The notes under the pieces are model-generated. The model ran no database searches. It was not told where the DNA came from and saw only the letters and a program-made list of their open reading frames with translations. Positions 56,748-64,000 of a stretch of 64,000 bases of DNA are shown here, in pieces. Source of the stretch: Alphaproteobacteria bacterium (GTDB lineage: Bacteria > Pseudomonadota > Alphaproteobacteria > RF32 > CAG-239). Both the position numbers and the translations under genes were made by a program. How positions within the stretch are numbered: the stretch's first letter is position 1; each line of letters begins with the position of its first letter. Location: positions 67,745 through 131,744 of the forward strand of contig JBGULQ010000013.1 in the NCBI GenBank assembly GCA_045116295.1, written 5' to 3'.

Positions 56748-59700
56748 TATCTATTTCCTCAAAATCTTTTTTATCAATTTTGTAATAACATTTATCTGCA
56801 GCGTCAGCAAAAATCTGCAAATTGTTATCACTCACATTTTCAAAATTCTTAAAATCTGCATAGATATTCTCATTTTTTTTCAAAAATTCAATATTTACAA
56901 CTACATCATTTTCCGCATTCAATTGCAAATCAAGAATTTTTTGCCCTTTCTCGGCTTTTTTCTCCTCTTGCCCAATAAATTCCGTATTCAACAAATCTTT
57001 GACCAATACCGCCGTACGATTAAGATTTGTGTTATTATTAAAGCTTTTTAATCTGCCAAATCTCAAATTCCACAAACTGCTATAAGTCCAATTTTGTGGT
57101 CTTAAAGACATATCAATAAAGTCGGCGCGTACCATCCATACTTGAAATGTGTTGCCAAATCTTATATATGCAGCACGTCCGCCGCGACCAACATCAACAT
57201 CATACTTGCCCAAATAAAATTCAGCCAAGGTACTGTTATTGCTTTCAATTCTAACTTTCGTTCCCTCTGATTCATCATTTTCCAGAGGTTTCAAACCGAA
57301 TGCCCCCAGATTTTCTATTCTGTTTGACTTCCGCTCATAATATGTCATTTCAGAGACTGTAGTCAAAAATCTGCGGATTCGCTCCTGATAAACCGGCAAA
57401 CACGGCTCTCCTTCCAAAATCCACTTGCCATTTTCAAAAACAAATGTCAGTTTTTTACCCTGCGAATTCAGCATAATTTTATTAACATCGTTCAGCCTCT
57501 CGGTTAAGCCGTCAAAAACCCTTTTATCCTCAAAATTTGACCAATCACCACGGCTTGCATAATAAACAGAAATCACACCGGCTATCAACGTTACTCCGAC
57601 AATGCCGCAAATAATCCTAAATTCTCGGTTGATATAAAATGTAAACTGCAATTTTTTTTCTTTTCTGCGTTTCAGGAAAGCACCAAGCATCAATATTACC
57701 AAAATCACACAAGGGATCGTAATTATATTCAAAACCTTAATGAGCAGTGCTGTTTTTTCCAAATCACTATGCATATTTATTCGAATCGACCTTAACTCAT
57801 CAAACAACGATTGCAATTTTTGACGCGTGCCTGCAATCAATGCTAACTCATCAGTATTAAAATCATCACGCCCCTCAAAATTACGTTTGGCCACAATTTC
57901 ATTTAGTGCATTTTTGGTTTTATTTATTCTATCAAATATTTCATGCTCTTTCATCTGAAAGTCCAGCAAATTTTGCTTTCTGCGACTTTCCAAATCATCA
58001 AATAGCCTGCTTTTAGCTGTACGCCCACGCAAATCTATCAACACCTCATCGCCGCTCAAATAGTCGAGTGCGTTCAAAACAAAATTGCCGTTGTCATATA
58101 GCGGAATAAAATAATTATTCTCCAAGATAGTAATATTCTTACTCCAAAAGCTGTCATAAATAAAATCGCTGTCAGCTACCACAATAACCTCAAACGGAAA
58201 ATGTGGATTTTTGCTCTTAAGTAACGCCGACACAATTTTCAATTTATTAAGCGGCTTAAAAATATTTAGCAAGTTATCAGGACTTATACCGTCATATACC
58301 ACTTCGGCAGATAAAATTCCCGAGTTTTTGCCACCGGCAATTAAAGGAATAAACTCACTATTATATCCGTCAGGAACCAACAGCGAAACAGACGCAAACA
58401 ACACAGCTTGCAAATTTTTGGTAATTACATAATCAGGATTCATACTGCTGTTAGGCAACACAAATTGCACCACATCTTGAGTAAAAATTGGGTTTGTTGA
58501 ATAGTTTTTTGTAGCGTCTACCGTAATTGAATTTTCCAGATCGGCAACCACCATCTCATCCAACATTCTAAAGCCCCAGAACGTATCAAGTCCTCCCAAG
58601 TCAGACGGCGAAAACTCTATATTTCTGGAAGAAAAAATTCTTTGTGCCTCCGCCGCAGTATCCAACAACACCAAAACTTTTCCGCCATGTTGAGAATATC
58701 GTTTGATTTCATTTATCATCTCAGGACTTAGTTTTTGAGGATGAACCATCATCAAAACATCTGTTTTTGGCAAATCCTCTGGCGACTTTACAATTATAAC
58801 ATCATAAAATCTCTTGATTTCATCAACGATATGCCACTGCGGTGAAACATATCCGTAGTCTTGACTGGTTTCAAACATCGGCAAACTGCTAATCAATCCG
58901 ACTGTCTTTTTCTTGTGCAAAAGCTGATATATCTTCTCAATCAAATCCTGCTCCAAGAAAGCCTGCCGCTCGATCGGAAAATACGAAATCACCTGCTTTT
59001 TATCCGTTGCATCTGCAAACACAAGCCCCATAAACCCGTTTTGGCTAACATCGACAAGTGGTATCGGCTGCAGTTTATCTGCAATTGCGGCATCCTCTTC
59101 TGCTGTTAACGGCTCAGGATTATAAATTCTATAACTGAACTTATCCGGTTCCAAATTTTGAAAACGCTGCAATAACAACCTAATCTGATCATACATCATC
59201 CTTATGGTCGGATTTCTCTGCCCGAGTACAGGAGAGTAATAAAGCTTTGCCGTAACTTTTTCCGGAATTTCGCTCAAAACTTTTTTAGACGATGGAGCCA
59301 GAGTATATATTTTTTCTTCCGTAAAATCATATTGCCAAGTTCTCAAAAATCGATTCGATAGCATATTCAATCCGGCAAATCCCACTAAGAATAACAGTGC
59401 CACCATTATATAATAAGCTGATTGCGTAGACTTCAACCATTTAGATGTACCGGAAGTCTTAAAGCTGACAATCATCACACTTAACAAGTTAAACAATACC
59501 ACAACAGATATTGCAAATACCAAAAAACGCCCTTCTAACAACCCGCTTATTGCCTGATTAAAATGCGTCAGGAAACTAAATGAAGCCACCGTATCTACAA
59601 TAACTGCCGGCGCAAACATTCTGAAAAACCCCAGCACATACTCAACGCCACTCAAAAAGAACAAAAAATTAGCAACCACCGCCAAAACCAAAGCAATAAC

Positions 59701-60180
59701 CTGATTTTTAGTCAGTGCCGACATTGTTTGAGATATTGCCAACATACATCCGGACAGCATAAAGCTACCTAAATAACTGACAAATATAACCCTGTTGTCC
59801 GGCACACCCAAATAGTTAACCGTAATTATAAACGGAAACGTCAGCAACAAAGCTACCAACACAAAAATCCACGAAGCAAAAAATTTCCCCCACACCAGCG
59901 TATTAATACTTACCGGCATTGTTGCAATCTGTACAACCGTTTTATTTCTAAATTCTTCTGACCACAAACGCATTGCTATGCCGGGAATAAACAGCAGATA
60001 TAGCCACGGATGAAAAGCAAACATCGGCGACAAATCGGCAATACCTCGTTCAACAAAATGCCCGAAATACACCGCAAAAGACCCGTTAAGCACTAAAAAA
60101 GCGACCAAATATACATATGCCAGCGGAGATACAAAATATCTTAGCAATTCATTTTTGGTAACGACCCAAAGTTTTCTCAT
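56713..60180 (-). CDS. Fused ABC-2 permease / GldG-like (ABC_transp_aux) / DUF4340-like protein
   Basis: 1155 aa. The N-terminal ~240 aa form a 6-TM ABC-2-type permease. The central ~450 aa resemble GldG-type auxiliary proteins. A TM segment near residue 830 is followed by a ~300-aa C-terminal domain of DUF4340-like size and position. It is 4-nt coupled to the upstream ATPase. Confidence 0.7.
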   Translation of the reverse strand: MRKLWVVTKNELLRYFVSPLAYVYLVAFLVLNGSFAVYFGHFVERGIADLSPMFAFHPWLYLLFIPGIAMRLWSEEFRNKTVVQIATMPVSINTLVWGKFFASWIFVLVALLLTFPFIITVNYLGVPDNRVIFVSYLGSFMLSGCMLAISQTMSALTKNQVIALVLAVVANFLFFLSGVEYVLGFFRMFAPAVIVDTVASFSFLTHFNQAISGLLEGRFLVFAISVVVLFNLLSVMIVSFKTSGTSKWLKSTQSAYYIMVALLFLVGFAGLNMLSNRFLRTWQYDFTEEKIYTLAPSSKKVLSEIPEKVTAKLYYSPVLGQRNPTIRMMYDQIRLLLQRFQNLEPDKFSYRIYNPEPLTAEEDAAIADKLQPIPLVDVSQNGFMGLVFADATDKKQVISYFPIERQAFLEQDLIEKIYQLLHKKKTVGLISSLPMFETSQDYGYVSPQWHIVDEIKRFYDVIIVKSPEDLPKTDVLMMVHPQKLSPEMINEIKRYSQHGGKVLVLLDTAAEAQRIFSSRNIEFSPSDLGGLDTFWGFRMLDEMVVADLENSITVDATKNYSTNPIFTQDVVQFVLPNSSMNPDYVITKNLQAVLFASVSLLVPDGYNSEFIPLIAGGKNSGILSAEVVYDGISPDNLLNIFKPLNKLKIVSALLKSKNPHFPFEVIVVADSDFIYDSFWSKNITILENNYFIPLYDNGNFVLNALDYLSGDEVLIDLRGRTAKSRLFDDLESRRKQNLLDFQMKEHEIFDRINKTKNALNEIVAKRNFEGRDDFNTDELALIAGTRQKLQSLFDELRSIRINMHSDLEKTALLIKVLNIITIPCVILVILMLGAFLKRRKEKKLQFTFYINREFRIICGIVGVTLIAGVISVYYASRGDWSNFEDKRVFDGLTERLNDVNKIMLNSQGKKLTFVFENGKWILEGEPCLPVYQERIRRFLTTVSEMTYYERKSNRIENLGAFGLKPLENDESEGTKVRIESNNSTLAEFYLGKYDVDVGRGGRAAYIRFGNTFQVWMVRADFIDMSLRPQNWTYSSLWNLRFGRLKSFNNNTNLNRTAVLVKDLLNTEFIGQEEKKAEKGQKILDLQLNAENDVVVNIEFLKKNENIYADFKNFENVSDNNLQIFADAADKCYYKIDKKDFEEIDNVVRSAEKRER

Positions 60181-60905
60181 TTTTGCTCTCCTTCATCCCC
60201 TGCCAACTCATAAAACACATCTTCAAGTGACTTGCTTTTATATTTACTCAAAATTTTTTTCAAACTTCCGTCTGCAACAACTCTTCCCTTTTTTATTAAA
60301 ACAATTCGGTTGCAAACATCTTCAGCTTCTTCCAAAAGATGGGTAGAAATAATAATTGCCTTATTTTTACCCATTTTGGCAATTAATCCGCGCATATGTC
60401 TTTTTTGGTTCGGATCAAGTCCGTCAGTAGGTTCATCAAGCATCAATATTGGCAAATCCGCCAACACACTTTGTGCAAAGCCTACTCTGCGCTGATAACC
60501 CTTTGATAATGTTTCAACTTTTTGATTTAAAACTTCTTCAACGTTTGCCAACTGTATTGCCTGCTTTAACTGATTATCGCCAACTCCACGCAATTCTGCC
60601 ATATATTTCAAAAATTGTTTTACCGTCAAATCAGCATACAGCGGAGCTCCTTCCGGTAAAAATCCAATATGTTCTTTTCCCCACAGCGGGTTTTCTTTTA
60701 TGCTTTTTTCGCACACATATATCTCGCCACTGCTCGGTGACAAATATCCTGCAATCATATTCATAAGTGTTGATTTTCCGGCTCCGTTAGGTCCCAAAAG
60801 AGCAACTATTTCGCCTTCCTTAACCGTAAGACTTATGTCCTTAACCGCTTCAATTTGCCCATAATTCTTGCTAAGATTCTCAATTTTTACCAGCTCTTTT
60901 GGCAT
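60177..60905 (-). CDS. ABC transporter ATP-binding protein (GldA-like)
   Basis: 242 aa. Walker A GPNGAGKST, signature LSKGYQRR, Walker B ILMLDEPTDGLD. Confidence 0.95.
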   Translation of the reverse strand: MPKELVKIENLSKNYGQIEAVKDISLTVKEGEIVALLGPNGAGKSTLMNMIAGYLSPSSGEIYVCEKSIKENPLWGKEHIGFLPEGAPLYADLTVKQFLKYMAELRGVGDNQLKQAIQLANVEEVLNQKVETLSKGYQRRVGFAQSVLADLPILMLDEPTDGLDPNQKRHMRGLIAKMGKNKAIIISTHLLEEAEDVCNRIVLIKKGRVVADGSLKKILSKYKSKSLEDVFYELAGDEGEQK

Positions 60906-60912
60906 TTTGCCC

Positions 60913-61635
60913 TCACTTTCTGCTCAACTCATATAAAACCACTGCCGCTGCAGTCGAAACATTAAGGCTTTCAACATTTTCGGCAATCGGCAAACGCACG
61001 GTAATATCACACGATTCTTCAATCAACCGACGCATACCTTTACCCTCGTTACCCATAACCATGGCCAAACGCCCGTTTTTATCAAGCTTATCAATATTTG
61101 TTTTAGCATAACCGTCCATACCGACAATCCAAAATCCGGCTTTTTTCAGCTGTTCAATCGCTCTTGACAGATTCGTTACTCGACAAACCGGCATATTTTC
61201 ATACGTGCCGGCAGCGGCTTTCAACATTGCGCCGCTTTCCTGTGGAGAGTTTTTGTCTTGTACAATCATTGCCAAACAGCCAAAAGCCGCACACGACCGA
61301 ACAATTGCTCCGATGTTTTGCGGATCGGTAACTTGATCCAAAATCAACAATCGGCAATTTTCATGTTTTTCTGCTTCGTCGCATATGTCCTCAATTTTTG
61401 CACTTGGCAATTTTTCTGCCAGCGCAACAAACCCCTGATGCACGGCATCGGCAGAAACAAGCTTATCCAACTCCCTGCGCTCGACTGCCACAATTTTATT
61501 ATCTGCAATCTTACCCTTTATTTCATTAAGATTTTCGCGCAAACACATCACTCTGACGATTTTCCGTTTAGGATTCGCAAGTGCCGACATTACGGCGTGT
61601 CTTCCATAAATCAAAACTTGATTTTTATCTGTCAT
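60913..61635 (-). CDS. rlmB: 23S rRNA (guanosine-2'-O-)-methyltransferase RlmB (SpoU/TrmH family)
   Basis: ORF 60913-61665, with a likely start at the ATG at 61635 (MTDKNQVLIYGRHAV). SpoU motifs LILDQVTDPQNIGAIVRS, MVMGNEGKGMR and ESLNVSTAAAVVLYE. Confidence 0.88.
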   Translation of the reverse strand: MTDKNQVLIYGRHAVMSALANPKRKIVRVMCLRENLNEIKGKIADNKIVAVERRELDKLVSADAVHQGFVALAEKLPSAKIEDICDEAEKHENCRLLILDQVTDPQNIGAIVRSCAAFGCLAMIVQDKNSPQESGAMLKAAAGTYENMPVCRVTNLSRAIEQLKKAGFWIVGMDGYAKTNIDKLDKNGRLAMVMGNEGKGMRRLIEESCDITVRLPIAENVESLNVSTAAAVVLYELSRK

Positions 61636-62269
61636 CAACATTCTCCAAAATCGCCTCTGCATCAATCAGTCGATTTATTTTATACGTAGGAATTGTGCCT
61701 TTATACTTTTGCTTTGGGTCATAAATCAAACAATCTGCCCCATTGAGAGCTTTAGCCGTCATAACATCAGCCTCACCGTCTCCGATAACCAAAATTTCAT
61801 TTGCCTGCGGAACATTACCGTCAAAAACTGCATAACAAGCCACCGGATGCGGTTTATCGTGCTCGCATTCACCGGCAGCCACAACTTTTTTAAAATATCC
61901 GGCAAACCCCAGAGCCAAAAGTTCCTCGTTAATAAATTTTGTTTTTTTATTAGTCAGTAGATAGCTTTCAACACCTGACTTTCGGCAAAAATCCAATAAT
62001 TCCTTAGCCCCCGGTTGCTCCACCAAATTTTTAGTATGATATTTTTCTATATATTCATAAAAATATTTTGCTGCTTCGTCTTTTCTTTCCTTGAATATAT
62101 ATCCGAGCATTTCGCGATTTTGAATAGTACTGGCTATTCTTCGCAGTTCATCATGTGAAATTTTAGGCAAGTTCATGTTTTCAAAAGCATAGTCATATGC
62201 CGCTGAAATAATTGCATATGTATCTGCAAGCGTTCCGTCCCAATCAAAAACAACATATTTATATTTCAC
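61625..62269 (-). CDS. HAD family hydrolase (phosphoglycolate phosphatase-like)
   Basis: 214 aa. Motif I VVFDWDGTLADT, motif III/IV VIGDGEADV. Confidence 0.88.
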   Translation of the reverse strand: MKYKYVVFDWDGTLADTYAIISAAYDYAFENMNLPKISHDELRRIASTIQNREMLGYIFKERKDEAAKYFYEYIEKYHTKNLVEQPGAKELLDFCRKSGVESYLLTNKKTKFINEELLALGFAGYFKKVVAAGECEHDKPHPVACYAVFDGNVPQANEILVIGDGEADVMTAKALNGADCLIYDPKQKYKGTIPTYKINRLIDAEAILENVDDR

Positions 62270-62355
62270 GGCAAAATCCTTTATTTTTAATCATATTTTA
62301 AGCCTTAATCATTACTATTTGCTTAATTATAATAACAATTCCGGAACTTTGGTCA

Positions 62356-64000
62356 ATGGAAAATCTTGAACGTAAAACAAAAATACAAGCACTAATCAAT
62401 TCTTTCTCCGCCGGAGAAAATTATACTATCTCAAATGTTACTTCTGACGCCTCTTTACGCAAATATTATCGAGCATATTTTTCAAATCGCCCGAGTGTTA
62501 TCATTCTTGATGATGAAAAACTTTGTTGCAAAACACCAGAATTTGTTGAACTTTCAGCTTTCCTGCGCACTCACGGAGCATATGTACCAAAAGTTTTAGC
62601 TCAAAACATCGAAGACGGGTTATTAATTCTTGAAGACTTAGGAAATGACAGCATTCATAGCCTGCTTACACCGGAAAACGAAAAAGAGCTTTACTTAAAA
62701 TCTGCTCAAGCACTTGCAAAAGTCACCAACATAACCGAACGACCGGCATGTGCTAAAACCTTTGGCAAAAAAGAGCTTTTGCACGACATTCGCCTTTTTA
62801 CCGAATGGTATATTCCTATGTCCATAGGACACCCCCTTTCTGAAAAAGACAAACAAGAATTTCTTGATTTGGTCGACACGCTGTCAGATATGGCTTTCAA
62901 AGTTCCAAGCCGACTGATGTTGTGGGATTATCACATTGACAACATCATGCTTCCGCCCCACTCACAAGAATGTGCAATTATTGATTTTCAAGATGCCATG
63001 TGGGGACCGCTAACTTACGATATTGTCAGCCTGTTGGCCGCTGACCGCCGCACCGCTTCACCCGAAACCATAACCGCTACCAAAAATGCTTTTCTTGCCA
63101 TGCTCAGTGATGTTACTTGCAATGATTTTGACGATTCGTTTGCCTTTTTCTCAATGTATCGTCATATGCGCGTACTCGGAAGATTTACCACTCTCACCAT
63201 GGTCAACCGCAAAGAAAAATATTTTCAATACATTCCTCAGACATGGAAAATGCTTGAACAAGTTTTGCAACACCCCAAACTTTTGCCAATAAAACAATGG
63301 GTAGACAAACACATTCCGCCCAAGAGCCGTGTTCTACCTTCCCGCAAACCTATAAACAGTGCCATAATTTTAGCGGCCGGTCGTGGCTCCCGTATGCAAA
63401 ACATAACTGATACTTTGCCCAAACCTTTGGTAAAAGTCGGAGGAAAATCGCTTATAGATTATAATTTTGAGCGCATTATATCCGCCAACATTGACAACAT
63501 TGTCGTCAATCTTTGTTATAAAGGTGATATGATTCGTTCTCACCTAACCCAAAAATATCCTGATATAAAAATCTCTTTTTCTGAAGAAGAAACCGCACTT
63601 GAAACCGGCGGTGGCGTAAAAAATGCTCTCCCTTTACTTAAAGGAGATGCTTTTTTTGTTTGCAACAGCGATGTATTTTTCATAGACAAAGGATACAAGC
63701 CGGCCTTGTGGCGTATGATGGATGAATGGGATTCGCAAAAATACGATATTCTTCTCCTACTGCAACCGGTAACCGACATTTGCGGCGACAAAAGTGGCGA
63801 TTATCGCATAACCGACAGCGGTAAAATCGAACGCAATTTTCAAAAATCTGCTGATTTCCCATATATGTTCAGTGGCATATCTATTATTAATCGCAAAGTT
63901 TTTAACAATATTACCGAAACAAAATTTTCTTTGCGTGACATGTTTGATATAGCACAAAGCAATAATAAACTCGGCTTTGTCATTAATTCTGCTCAATTTT
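62356..64000 (+). CDS. amgK-murU: Fused N-acetylmuramate/GlcNAc kinase (AmgK-like) and MurNAc-1-P uridylyltransferase (MurU-like); 3' end beyond the window
   Basis: Open to the window end, so absent from the ORF track. I translated it manually from the ATG at 62356 and saw no stop through 64000. The N-terminal part has APH-type kinase motifs (LLILEDLG; LMLWDYHIDNIMLPP...AIIDFQDAMWGP). From about residue 335, AIILAAGRGSRMQNITDTLPKPLVKVGGKSLIDY is the nucleotidyltransferase G-loop. Confidence 0.8.
   Translation, partial: MENLERKTKIQALINSFSAGENYTISNVTSDASLRKYYRAYFSNRPSVIILDDEKLCCKTPEFVELSAFLRTHGAYVPKVLAQNIEDGLLILEDLGNDSIHSLLTPENEKELYLKSAQALAKVTNITERPACAKTFGKKELLHDIRLFTEWYIPMSIGHPLSEKDKQEFLDLVDTLSDMAFKVPSRLMLWDYHIDNIMLPPHSQECAIIDFQDAMWGPLTYDIVSLLAADRRTASPETITATKNAFLAMLSDVTCNDFDDSFAFFSMYRHMRVLGRFTTLTMVNRKEKYFQYIPQTWKMLEQVLQHPKLLPIKQWVDKHIPPKSRVLPSRKPINSAIILAAGRGSRMQNITDTLPKPLVKVGGKSLIDYNFERIISANIDNIVVNLCYKGDMIRSHLTQKYPDIKISFSEEETALETGGGVKNALPLLKGDAFFVCNSDVFFIDKGYKPALWRMMDEWDSQKYDILLLLQPVTDICGDKSGDYRITDSGKIERNFQKSADFPYMFSGISIINRKVFNNITETKFSLRDMFDIAQSNNKLGFVINSAQF

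Noticed and set aside
62706-63996. Six minus-strand ORFs of 60-83 aa (62706-62900, 63237-63422, 63540-63791, 63680-63862, 63757-63996) and the plus-strand ORF 63086-63292
   Set aside because: All overlap the long open plus-strand AmgK-MurU frame, which has clear kinase and nucleotidyltransferase motifs. The track misses that gene only because it has no stop inside the window.

Overview
64-kb chromosomal window from a low-GC bacterium. Gene content and order look alphaproteobacterial: split pntAA/pntAB/pntB, a GapR/DUF2312 protein, yqeY-dnaG-rpoD, and an RpoD with a long acidic spacer. It is plausibly a host-associated or intracellular lineage, but that is inference only. I support about 65 protein-coding genes and 2 tRNAs (Ser-CGA, Arg-ACG). 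I see no rRNA, no CRISPR array and no recognisable transposase or integrase. Two genes run off the window edges and are therefore missing from the ORF track: a GT2 glycosyltransferase at 1-701 (-) and a fused AmgK-MurU at 62356-64000 (+). rpmH (30060-30194) is also missing from the track. Most of the window is housekeeping: rpoD/dnaG, groESL, murJ, comM-like yifB, rpsF-rpsR-rplI, rpmH-rnpA-yidD-yidC-engB, mreCD-mrdA-rodA, htpG, pyk, pntAB, rlmB. The accessory or odd patches are listed below. (1) 10.5-14.7 kb next to tRNA-Ser holds a tandem DUF4402-like gene broken by one in-frame TAG. It also holds a family of GTCAT...ATC hairpin repeats with covarying stems and an apparent filled-versus-empty site, a 17-bp perfect inverted-repeat element, and a LysR regulator divergent from a secreted GH24 lysozyme. 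(2) 23.2-26.7 kb holds orphan genes, including an 838-aa secreted Cys/Pro-rich protein whose trypsin-like domain has lost all three catalytic residues. (3) 33.3-37.7 kb is a degraded island abutting tRNA-Arg, with serial duplicated copies of the tRNA 3' end. It carries my best candidate for an undescribed system. That is a translationally coupled three-gene cassette: an 80-aa helical protein, a zeta-toxin-family kinase and a histidine phosphatase. (4) 56.7-60.9 kb holds an ABC system in which the ABC-2 permease, GldG-like and DUF4340-like modules are fused into one 1155-aa protein. All family assignments are by-eye motif recognition. No database search was possible.
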